Below, one piece after another: positions 25,499-33,707 of a stretch of DNA of 41,481 bases. The stretch is from positions 1 to 41,481 of the forward strand of contig CBDFLE010000002.1 of NCBI GenBank assembly GCA_965248925.1. Direction: 5' to 3'. The position numbers and the translations under genes were made by a program. Source of the stretch: Candidatus Multivoradales bacterium (lineage in GTDB: Bacteria > Acidobacteriota > Thermoanaerobaculia > Multivoradales > J023). The first letter of the stretch is position 1. The number at the start of each line of letters is the position of its first letter. The notes below the pieces were generated by a model. It saw only the letters and a program-made list of their open reading frames with translations. It was not told where the DNA came from and searched no databases.

Positions 25499-27091
25499 AT
25501 GTACGGAACTGCACTCCTGGAGAAAGTCGGCGAACTCTCGGCGAAGGTCGTAGAGGTCGCCAAGCACGGCCTCGGCAAGGCCGAAGCCGACGAGCGCTTC
25601 AAGAAGATCGAGACCGATCTCGAGCTCGCTATGAAGGCGCTGCGCGAGGACGTCAACCGCCCGAGCGAGGTGCGGCGCCTCGACAGCGCCGGCAGCGCTG
25701 CCGAGTGGTTCTTGCGCAAGGGCTACACCAGCTTGCCGGCGCCGGACAACCGCGGCGCGGGCCAGGCGGCGAAGGCGAAGAGCGCGAAGGCGATTCGCGG
25801 GATCTCGATTTTCAAGGTCGACCCGTGGTCTCAGCAGACGACGCGCGAGGCTGCCGTCCCTCAGGAGGTGAAAGACGCACTCGAGGCGATGGACCACGTC
25901 TACATCCTCGACAAGCTGTTCGAGTTCAAGGAAGGCCCGATGGCTTGGCACCAGGCCAAGATGGGTCACGAAGGCGGCGCCCGCGGCCTGTTCATGGAAC
26001 GGTTCCCCGAGATGGCGGGCCCGTACGACGCTTTCGCGAAGGTGTTCTTCGAGCTCCAGGGCAAGAACATGAGCTCGACGGTCGCCGGCAAGGGCGACGA
26101 GTGGGTGCCGACGATCCTGTCGACTAACCTGCTGGACATCATCCGGCTCGCGATGCCGGTGACGAACCTGATTCCGCACGTCTTCCAGCCGTCGAACCCG
26201 TGGCAAAACCCGCTCCTGTCGGCGAACCCGATTGCCTACCGGAAGCTGGAGAACACGGCGATCACCGAGAGCGATCTCACGACCGCGAACTTGACGTGGA
26301 CTGCGCACATCTTCGGCGCCTACACGGCCTACAGCGACGAGCTCGACGACGATTCGGCGATCGCGATCGTGCCGGCCATCCGGTCGGGCATCATCCGCGC
26401 GCTCGGCGAAGGCCTCGAGGAAGCGCTCGTGTCCGGTGACGGCGACAACGCCGCTCACTTCGACAACGACTACATCACCGGCGGCGCGCCCTTCCGCACC
26501 TACCAAGGCGGCGTTTACGGCCTGCGTCACTTCGCGATGGACGACGCCGGCGGCACGCCGTCGACGGTCGCCGGCACTGGTGCCGCGATCGGGTTCGCCA
26601 ACATCGGCTCAGCGCTCGCCGCGATGGGCAAGTTCGCCGCGGGCCGCATCGCGACCGGTGAGGTTGTTGGCCTCATCAACGCGCAACAGTGGGTGCAGCT
26701 ATTGACCGAGACCGGCTCGCCGATCGTCAAGGTCAACGAATACGGCAACGGCGCCACGATCCTCACCGGCGAGCTCGCTGAGATCTTCGGCGTCAAGCTG
26801 TTCCTGTCGTTCGGCATCGAGCAGCGAAAGGACTCCGTCGCGGCCACCGGGCAGAACACCGTCGGCGGCCCGAACACGCTCTCGACTGCGTTGATCTTCA
26901 ACCGGATGAACTGGCGGATCGGCGACCGCCGGGACTTCCGCCTCGAGCGCGACAAGGACATCGTCGCCGGTCGGAACGACGTGGTCGGCACGGCGCGTTG
27001 GTCGATGCAGTCCGTCGAGGGTGACAACGAAGGCGCCGGCTGGGATCCGAGCACGGTCCCCGCGGTGGTCGCGATCGTCAACGTCGACTAG
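25499..27091 (+). CDS. Major capsid protein (HK97 fold) with long N-terminal scaffold/delta region
   Basis: Follows the protease. GDEWVPT, SDELDDDS, LVSGDG, IFGVKL, IGDRR motifs. Confidence 0.88.
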   Translation: MYGTALLEKVGELSAKVVEVAKHGLGKAEADERFKKIETDLELAMKALREDVNRPSEVRRLDSAGSAAEWFLRKGYTSLPAPDNRGAGQAAKAKSAKAIRGISIFKVDPWSQQTTREAAVPQEVKDALEAMDHVYILDKLFEFKEGPMAWHQAKMGHEGGARGLFMERFPEMAGPYDAFAKVFFELQGKNMSSTVAGKGDEWVPTILSTNLLDIIRLAMPVTNLIPHVFQPSNPWQNPLLSANPIAYRKLENTAITESDLTTANLTWTAHIFGAYTAYSDELDDDSAIAIVPAIRSGIIRALGEGLEEALVSGDGDNAAHFDNDYITGGAPFRTYQGGVYGLRHFAMDDAGGTPSTVAGTGAAIGFANIGSALAAMGKFAAGRIATGEVVGLINAQQWVQLLTETGSPIVKVNEYGNGATILTGELAEIFGVKLFLSFGIEQRKDSVAATGQNTVGGPNTLSTALIFNRMNWRIGDRRDFRLERDKDIVAGRNDVVGTARWSMQSVEGDNEGAGWDPSTVPAVVAIVNVD

Positions 27092-27105
27092 TAGGAGCGT
27101 GAGCG

Positions 27106-27717
27106 GTGGTCCTATTCACAGTGGCGGAGTTCAAGGCGCACGAGGGGATCATCGGGTCCTCTCTCGACGCCTTGATCGTCCAGCTCGAGTTACGGGCCAC
27201 CGCTCACTTCGAACGACTCCTACATCGCAAGCTCGACGGTGCAGGCAGCTTCACGGAGGACTATAGCGGACAGGGTCAACGTGACTTGGTGTTGCGCTAT
27301 TCGCCGGTCGTCGCGATCACCTCGATCTCGATCGATTCGAATCGGGTTTTCACGTCACCCATCACGGCGAGCGACTACGTCCTCGACCCGGAAGCTGCGA
27401 TCCTGACTCGGGTCGAGGCATCCACCTTGCCGGTCCAATTCCGTGCCGGTCCGGTGTGGCCGTGCGGCGACTACAACATCCGGGCGATCTACACCGCGGG
27501 CTACACCACGGCACCCGAGGATCTCAAGGAAGCCGCGATCCTGTGGGCCGCGGCGCGCTTGGCCCGTCAAGGTCTGATCGGCGTGCAGAGTGAGACGATC
27601 GGCTCACACTCGATCTCGATGTTCGCCGGCAAGACCGCCGGCGAGGCTGAGGTCGCAGCGCTCACCGCCCCGTATCGGTCCTACCCGTCGCTTGGCCCGG
27701 TGAGGGATGCGTCGTGA
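27106..27717 (+). CDS. Head-tail connector/adaptor (gp6-like)
   Basis: FTVAEFKAH, PVVAITSI, YTAGYTTAPEDLKEA, LTAPYR. Confidence 0.8.
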   Translation: MVLFTVAEFKAHEGIIGSSLDALIVQLELRATAHFERLLHRKLDGAGSFTEDYSGQGQRDLVLRYSPVVAITSISIDSNRVFTSPITASDYVLDPEAAILTRVEASTLPVQFRAGPVWPCGDYNIRAIYTAGYTTAPEDLKEAAILWAAARLARQGLIGVQSETIGSHSISMFAGKTAGEAEVAALTAPYRSYPSLGPVRDAS

Positions 27718-28064
27718 GCAACATCCGCCGGCGACTGACCCACACTGTGAACGTCCACAAGTCCGCCCACGTCCTCGCGGGCAAGCGAAAGGCTACCGAG
27801 TGGGTTGCAAATGCCGTTGCCGTGCCGGCTCGCGTGGACCCCTTGTCGGATACGCCCTCGATCACGTTGTTGGGAAAGACCGCGACCGAAACGTATCGGA
27901 TCTACTTCGAAGCCGATGCCGACGTCGAGGAAGGCGACAAGGTTGTCTGGCTCGACCGCACGCCAAGCCAGACTTTCCTAGTCCGCACGGTGCAGGCCTT
28001 CAGCGGGTTGAGGGCGAGCCAAGCCGACCACCTCGAGGCGACTGCCGTCCTCCAAACGGTGTGA
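27714..28064 (+). CDS. Head closure/stopper protein
   Basis: Synteny; ADVEEGDKV...HLEA pattern. Confidence 0.65.
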   Translation: MSNIRRRLTHTVNVHKSAHVLAGKRKATEWVANAVAVPARVDPLSDTPSITLLGKTATETYRIYFEADADVEEGDKVVWLDRTPSQTFLVRTVQAFSGLRASQADHLEATAVLQTV

Positions 28065-28627
28065 CTATGGTCCGAGTTCGACTCAAGGTGAACTCCGATC
28101 GCTGGCGAGCCGCGTTCGAGAAATACCCCGAGCGGATCAGAGCCGCGTTCGCTCGGGGGCTCAACCGCGCCGGCGAGCTCGTGGCGCGCCAAGCGTCGAT
28201 CAACCTCACCAGTCCCGGGGCGAGCGGCTATTCCTCGGTATTCACGGGGACGTTGCTGCGCGCGATGTCGCAAGGGTGGAAGGTCGACCCGAATCTCCTG
28301 ACGCTGCGCATAGGCCCCGGCCTGGCTGCTGTCTCGAACGACGTCCAGAGCTACGCCTTCTTCGTCGAGCACGGGCGACGCCCCGGCAAGCGACCGCCAG
28401 CGCGCGCCCTCGAACTGTGGGTGAAGCGCAAGCTCGGCGTCGGCGACTCGGAGGAAAACCGACGGCTCTCGCTCGCGATCTCCAAGCGTATTGGTGAGCG
28501 TGGGACCAGGGGGTCGCCGTTCCTTGAGCCCGCCGTGAGGTCGAGCCTGGGCCCGATGCGCGATGTGATCCAGGACGCGGTTGACGCAGAGATTCGCGCC
28601 ATCAACGCCGAGGGGACTTCATCGTGA
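28061..28627 (+). CDS. HK97 gp10-like neck/tail completion protein
   Basis: FTGTLLRAM, YAFFVEHGRRPG, PFLEPA. Start GTG 28061 or ATG 28067. Confidence 0.8.
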   Translation: MTMVRVRLKVNSDRWRAAFEKYPERIRAAFARGLNRAGELVARQASINLTSPGASGYSSVFTGTLLRAMSQGWKVDPNLLTLRIGPGLAAVSNDVQSYAFFVEHGRRPGKRPPARALELWVKRKLGVGDSEENRRLSLAISKRIGERGTRGSPFLEPAVRSSLGPMRDVIQDAVDAEIRAINAEGTSS

Positions 28628-29127
28628 GCTCGAACCTCAAGACCACCGAGCTCGTCGATGCTGCGGTCACCATGATCGCCGGCGCTTCGATGAGCTTTGC
28701 GCCGGTCATCGTTCAAGAGGGTGACCTCGCTTTCTACGTCGAGTCACGCGATCCAAGCCTCGATGTGCCAGCGGTGTTTGTGAAGGCGACCAAGGTGAGG
28801 ATTGCGGTCGAGGATGTCACCGGGGCACGTATCGGAACCATGACGACGTTGCGCGTCGTGGTCATCAACTCGTGGTCGGACGGCGACACCGTCGTCGACA
28901 AGCGTCAGGCTGAGGCGCAGGACATCGCCGAGCTGTTCCTCGGCAGCGCCGGTACGGCCTTCGACATCGGCGGCGCCTCGATCACCGGCTACACTATCGT
29001 TCGCGCTGTCCCAGTGGACCTCGAGCTCGAGCCACCCGAGAGCGCCCTTGTGAGTTTGCTCGGCGATCGCCAGTTGTACGCGACCGCCATCGCTGTCACC
29101 GTCAACGGATTCGCTGAGAGGGCCTAG
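28624..29127 (+). CDS. Tail terminator-like protein
   Basis: Synteny between the gp10-like gene and tail tube; VPAVFV motif. Confidence 0.6.
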   Translation: MSSNLKTTELVDAAVTMIAGASMSFAPVIVQEGDLAFYVESRDPSLDVPAVFVKATKVRIAVEDVTGARIGTMTTLRVVVINSWSDGDTVVDKRQAEAQDIAELFLGSAGTAFDIGGASITGYTIVRAVPVDLELEPPESALVSLLGDRQLYATAIAVTVNGFAERA

Positions 29128-29130
29128 AAC

Positions 29131-30153
29131 ATGCCTGTACCAAGACTCGGAGAGGGAGCCTTTGTAGGGCTCGGCCTCACGTCCCCGTTCTCCACCAATG
29201 GTGCCGCTGCCCAAATCGGTGTTTGGGCGCCACTGTTGGCTGCGACCGATAGCCTTGCGTTCGAGACCGACGACATCGTCCTCGAGGATCTCACCTCGCG
29301 GAACGACCTGGTCGAGGGGATGTTCTTCACGGGGCAAAAGCGGGTCTCGGGCACGTTGGTCCTCGAGGCCAATTATGACGTGATGACCGAGTTCCTCCGG
29401 ATGTTCACGGGCCACAACGTGACGCCCAGCGGTGCGGGTCCCTACACCTATGCCTTTGTCCCGGTTGGGCGGGACGACCCTACTCACTACGCTCTCGGGA
29501 CGACCGAACACGCGATGGTGATCGAGGTGTTCAAGGGCGGCGCCTTCGCGAACTCAGTCTTCTATCAAGGGTGTGTCCCAACCGAGATCGTCTTCGGCTT
29601 TGAGCCGAACGGGTTCGCGAAGATGACGGTCAGCTTCATCGGTCGCACCGCCACGATCGGCGCGAAGTCGACCCTCGCTCTGTCTTCTTTGCCGCAGCTG
29701 GCGACGACGCCAACCGGTCAGGCGAGCGCCTTCATCGCACTGGCTGGTGTGCCTTTCACGGCGTTCTCGACGACGGTGACGCTGCGCAACGGCCTAGGGC
29801 TCCGACACGACGTGACGGCGATCGAGAGTCTAACGCCGGTGCCCGAGGGCAAGGAATCGTCCGAGGTCGCTTTCGATATCGAGGTTCCCGACGACACGTT
29901 CATCACTGCCGGCGTCGGCGCTCATGCTCTGTTCGCGACACCGAACACGGTGTCGCTCGCGAGGGTCTCGCCGGCGCACTCGCTGACTTTCAGCTTCGGC
30001 AAAATGAAGGTGGTAGGCCCTGGTGAGCCGCGACCTCAGGGGCCCGGCCCGGTTCGGTGGTCTGGCACGATGCGCCCGGTCGCGGCGAGCATCACCACGG
30101 TTGGCGCGCCGGCGATCTCGGTCATCAACGCGAACGCGGCCTTCGTTCTGTAG
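29131..30153 (+). CDS. Major tail tube protein
   Basis: Beta-rich 340 aa with VSGTLVLE, YTYAF, YQGC...F.G. Precedes the chaperone and tape measure genes. Confidence 0.8.
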   Translation: MPVPRLGEGAFVGLGLTSPFSTNGAAAQIGVWAPLLAATDSLAFETDDIVLEDLTSRNDLVEGMFFTGQKRVSGTLVLEANYDVMTEFLRMFTGHNVTPSGAGPYTYAFVPVGRDDPTHYALGTTEHAMVIEVFKGGAFANSVFYQGCVPTEIVFGFEPNGFAKMTVSFIGRTATIGAKSTLALSSLPQLATTPTGQASAFIALAGVPFTAFSTTVTLRNGLGLRHDVTAIESLTPVPEGKESSEVAFDIEVPDDTFITAGVGAHALFATPNTVSLARVSPAHSLTFSFGKMKVVGPGEPRPQGPGPVRWSGTMRPVAASITTVGAPAISVINANAAFVL

Positions 30154-30170
30154 GCCGTCGGCGGTAGGCT

Positions 30171-30186
30171 GCGGACTTTAGTGGAC
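30171..30186 (+). promoter_or_regulatory. GCGGACTTTAGTGGAC direct-repeat site
   Basis: Exact reverse complement of 13424-13439; intergenic. Confidence 0.6.
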
Positions 30187-30212
30187 CCGCAAACTCAACT
30201 AGGACAGCAGAG

Positions 30213-30596
30213 ATGGACGAAACCCAAGCCCCGCAGCCGACCACTCCTCACGCCGACGTTGTCGAGAAGACGATCACCGTCGAGATTCTCGGCAAGGAAT
30301 ACCAAGCGCGCGAGCTCATCGCGATCGACATCGCTGACCTCGAGGACAAGGCTAACGCCTCGATGAGCGAGCTTCAGCATGACCCGTCGAAGCGCAACCG
30401 GATGCGGTGCGCGCTGGCCATGGTGTGGGTTTGCGTCCGAAAGTCCGGTCTCGCTCCCGACGCCATCCGCGGCAAGCGGTGGGCGATCTCGTGGTCTGAC
30501 ATGGAAACAATCCCGTATGGCGAAGTGGGCGACGTCATGAAGAAGGTCGCGCCTTTTTTCGGTGGGGGTCCCTCGGAAGGAGCCCCGCCCGAGTAA
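30213..30596 (+). CDS. Tail assembly chaperone (gpG-like)
   Basis: Between tail tube and tape measure genes; slippery T TTT TTC near the 3' end. Confidence 0.8.
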   Translation: MDETQAPQPTTPHADVVEKTITVEILGKEYQARELIAIDIADLEDKANASMSELQHDPSKRNRMRCALAMVWVCVRKSGLAPDAIRGKRWAISWSDMETIPYGEVGDVMKKVAPFFGGGPSEGAPPE

Positions 30597-30787
30597 TCGT
30601 TCGAGCGATGAGGAAGCTGAACCTCGGCTACAGCGAGGCAATCCTAATACCGATTCGAATCCTCCAAGTTCTGACAGACGCCGAAGCCGAGATTTCAGCT
30701 GACTACGCTCGGTCGGTTGACAGCTTCATAGCAGCAAACCCCAAGCTCCCGAGAATGGTCGACGTGGTGAAGGCGACGCAGTGGTAG
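30554..30787 (+). CDS. -1 frameshift extension (gpGT-like) of the tail chaperone
   Basis: In-frame heptamer T-TTT-TTC at 30554-30560. The -1 frame is open to TAG 30785-30787, overlapping the tape measure start. Confidence 0.75.
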   Translation, partial: FFRWGSLGRSPARVIVRAMRKLNLGYSEAILIPIRILQVLTDAEAEISADYARSVDSFIAANPKLPRMVDVVKATQW

Positions 30788-32907
30788 AAGCCCTCGAATT
30801 CCTGTTCGAGGGTGACTCAGCAGACGCTGAGAGAGCGTTCGACCGCATCGGTGACGCCGAGCGCAAGACCGCGAAGGACACGAAGAAGCTCACCGATACG
30901 CTTCGCGACTTTACGGTGATCGCGACCGGCGTCGTCCGGCTTGGGAAGTCGATCGTCGGCAGTATCTCGCGCGCTGGCGAGGCTGCCGGCCGTCAGGAGC
31001 GCGCGGAGATCCGCCTCGGGGTGGCGCTCTCCAAGAACACCAACGACATTCGCAAGCAACTCGACGTCCTCAAGGACTTCGCGTCTGCAAAGCAGAGCGT
31101 CACCAACTTCGGCGACGAGTTCATCCTCGAGATGGCTACGGTCGGTGCGAGCTTCGGCCTGACCACCGACCAGATCAAGATGGGCGTCACCGCGGCGGTC
31201 GACCAAGCGGAAGCGCTTGGTCGCTCGCCGATCGAGCTCATGCGGATGATCGCTCGGTTCGGTGGCGGCCTGACCGATTCGCTCATCGAGGTCGGATTCG
31301 CTGCCGACAAGACCCGACCGCGCGTCGAGGAATTCGCTCGAGCAACGGCGGCGATGTCAACGGGCATGGCCGAGGCTGTTGGCTCGCTGCCGACGTCGGC
31401 GTTCGTCCAGTTCGACAACGTTCTCGGTGACCTGGTCGAGAAGCTCGGGTCGATCGTTGCGTCGACGGCAACCTTCCAATCGATCGTCGGCGGCCTTCAG
31501 GGCTTCATTTCGGACATCGACGAGGCGCTCGCCGATCCTAAGAAGTTCAAGGAAGTCGTCGAGACCATCGACGATCTCGTCCAAGGCTTCCTCCAGGGGC
31601 TCGCCAAGGGCGGCGCGACCGTGCTGCGGGTGGTCGCTGAGATTCTCACCGCGATCAACCGGCTCACCGAGGGGGTCTCTCGGTTGTGGGATGCCTTCGG
31701 CGATCAACGCATTGGAAAGATCGAGGACCGCCTCGAGGCGATCGCCAAGCAGATCGGCAACATCAACGGCGCGATTGGGTCGGCCGAGGAGGTCGAGGAC
31801 TACGCGAGCAAACTCGCGATGCTTGGCGAGGAGTCCGCCAGTCTCACCGCTGAGCTCGAGTCGCTGGGGATCACGTTCGCCGGCGACTCGGACTCGCTAG
31901 CGTTCCGACTCAAACAGTCCGCCGAAGCACTCGAGACCTGGGCCGAGGCCTCGAGCATTTTCTCGCACGCGATGAGTATCGGGACGGAGGTCTCGGACGC
32001 CTTCTTCGACTTGCTCTCTGCGGGTCGTGGGGAGATGGATGAGTCGGCGATGTCTGCGCAAGAGCTCGCCGCCGCGCAAGAGCAACTCGGCGAGGCCTAC
32101 GTAAAATTCTCCGAGATCCTCCAGGGGTTCGGCGAGGGATTCACCGGGGCGCTCGGCGAGTTTTTTCAAGACGCCTTCGATGAAGACACCAGCATCGGCG
32201 ACGCCTGGAGAAACCTGGGCGACAGCGTCAAGGGTGAGTTCATCGGCCAGTTCACGGACGCTGCCTTCGCACCCGTCAAGTCGCAATTCGGTGCCCTTGC
32301 TGTGGCGCTGCGGCAACCGTTCGAGGTGGTGGGCAACATCATCGGTGCGGTGTTGGCTCCGGTCACCAACATCATCACGACGGTCATCGGCGCCCTAGTG
32401 ACTCAGTTCTTCACGTTGATCGGCCTGCAACAGTTCCTGACAGCCACGGGGCTCGCGGGGGTGGCAACGGTCGCGGCTGGCGCGGCGCCCTTGGCGGCCG
32501 TCTGGGGGGCCGCTGCGGTGGCCGCCTCGATCGCCACCCTCGGCGGCGCACTCGGTTTCGCTGCGCCGGCGAACGCCTCGATCGCAGCGGGGGCCAGCCT
32601 GGCGCAGGCATTATCGGTTCCGCTGGCCGAGGGTGGCTTGGTTTTGCCTCGGCCGGGTGGCGTCCAAGCGACGCTTGCCGAGGCGGGGCGCGCCGAGCTC
32701 GTGATTCCGCTTGACGACCCTCGAGCGGCGTCGGCAGCGGGGGGTATCGGAGGCGTCCAAGTCTCATTTGAGGGTGCGACCCTGATCGTCGACAGCGAGG
32801 AGACCGCCGAGGCGTTCGCCCTCGAGCTCGGCGATGAGTTTGCGAGGCAGCTACAGGAAGCGGCGCCCGAATCAGGGTCTGAGCTGTTGTTCGGAGGTGT
32901 GACGTAG
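30781..32907 (+). CDS. Tail tape measure protein
   Basis: 708 aa Ala/Gly-rich helical protein with TNFGDE and C-terminal LAEGGLV...LAEAGRAELVIPL motifs. Confidence 0.88.
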   Translation: MVEALEFLFEGDSADAERAFDRIGDAERKTAKDTKKLTDTLRDFTVIATGVVRLGKSIVGSISRAGEAAGRQERAEIRLGVALSKNTNDIRKQLDVLKDFASAKQSVTNFGDEFILEMATVGASFGLTTDQIKMGVTAAVDQAEALGRSPIELMRMIARFGGGLTDSLIEVGFAADKTRPRVEEFARATAAMSTGMAEAVGSLPTSAFVQFDNVLGDLVEKLGSIVASTATFQSIVGGLQGFISDIDEALADPKKFKEVVETIDDLVQGFLQGLAKGGATVLRVVAEILTAINRLTEGVSRLWDAFGDQRIGKIEDRLEAIAKQIGNINGAIGSAEEVEDYASKLAMLGEESASLTAELESLGITFAGDSDSLAFRLKQSAEALETWAEASSIFSHAMSIGTEVSDAFFDLLSAGRGEMDESAMSAQELAAAQEQLGEAYVKFSEILQGFGEGFTGALGEFFQDAFDEDTSIGDAWRNLGDSVKGEFIGQFTDAAFAPVKSQFGALAVALRQPFEVVGNIIGAVLAPVTNIITTVIGALVTQFFTLIGLQQFLTATGLAGVATVAAGAAPLAAVWGAAAVAASIATLGGALGFAAPANASIAAGASLAQALSVPLAEGGLVLPRPGGVQATLAEAGRAELVIPLDDPRAASAAGGIGGVQVSFEGATLIVDSEETAEAFALELGDEFARQLQEAAPESGSELLFGGVT

Positions 32908-33707
32908 TGGCGGCCAGGACGAAACAGCGGCGTTTCGGCACGTTCGACCTATCGATCGCCAACGGGATCTCGGTCTCGAAATGGGGTTCGAGGCTGGGCC
33001 ACCGGGCGAAGTTCAAGGCAAAGACGGTGGCGGTGGGGTCATCGCTGGTGTCGGACCAATACACCGACCACCGCGTCGCGATCTCTGGAATGGTTGTCGG
33101 AGTCGACACCGGTGAAGCCGAATCGCGGCTCGGCGCGTTGATCTCTGCGCTGACTCAGGGTGAGCAAGCGCTCACGCTCTACGCCGACCGCGAGATCCTC
33201 GCGAGGTTGATGGGCGACGTGCGCTACAGTTTGGTGCCGAGCGGCACTGGCACGATCTACAACTTCACGGCGACGTTCGTATCGAGGTTCCCCTACTGGC
33301 GCGCCGTGACGCCGCTGGTGTTCCCGTCACTGCCGACCGGTGTCGGGCCGCACACCTTGATCGTGCCGAGTCCGTCTGGCATCGCGCCGACGTGGCCGCT
33401 CATCAAAATCGAGAACACTGGGCCCGCGTTTACTGACAAGGTGCTCACGTTCACGAACGTCTCGTCGGCTGCGTATATCCAGCTTATTGGGATCACGATG
33501 GGGAGCGGTGACTCGATCACGCTCGATATGGCCGAGGCCTTCATCGGCACTCAATCAGCCATCCCGATCCACCCGTTCAGCGTCGGTGGATTGTTTTTCT
33601 CGATCAACTCCAGCGCCGCGACCACCTTGCAGCTAGCTCACAACGTCGGATCGGGCGCGCGGTGGGACATCGACGTCACCTACCGAGGTTCGTTCTGGAA
33701 TGAGTAA
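32907..33707 (+). CDS. Distal tail protein (Dit-like)
   Basis: Follows the tape measure gene. FTATFVSRFPYW, GIAPTWPLIKI, GDSITLD. Confidence 0.75.
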   Translation: MAARTKQRRFGTFDLSIANGISVSKWGSRLGHRAKFKAKTVAVGSSLVSDQYTDHRVAISGMVVGVDTGEAESRLGALISALTQGEQALTLYADREILARLMGDVRYSLVPSGTGTIYNFTATFVSRFPYWRAVTPLVFPSLPTGVGPHTLIVPSPSGIAPTWPLIKIENTGPAFTDKVLTFTNVSSAAYIQLIGITMGSGDSITLDMAEAFIGTQSAIPIHPFSVGGLFFSINSSAATTLQLAHNVGSGARWDIDVTYRGSFWNE

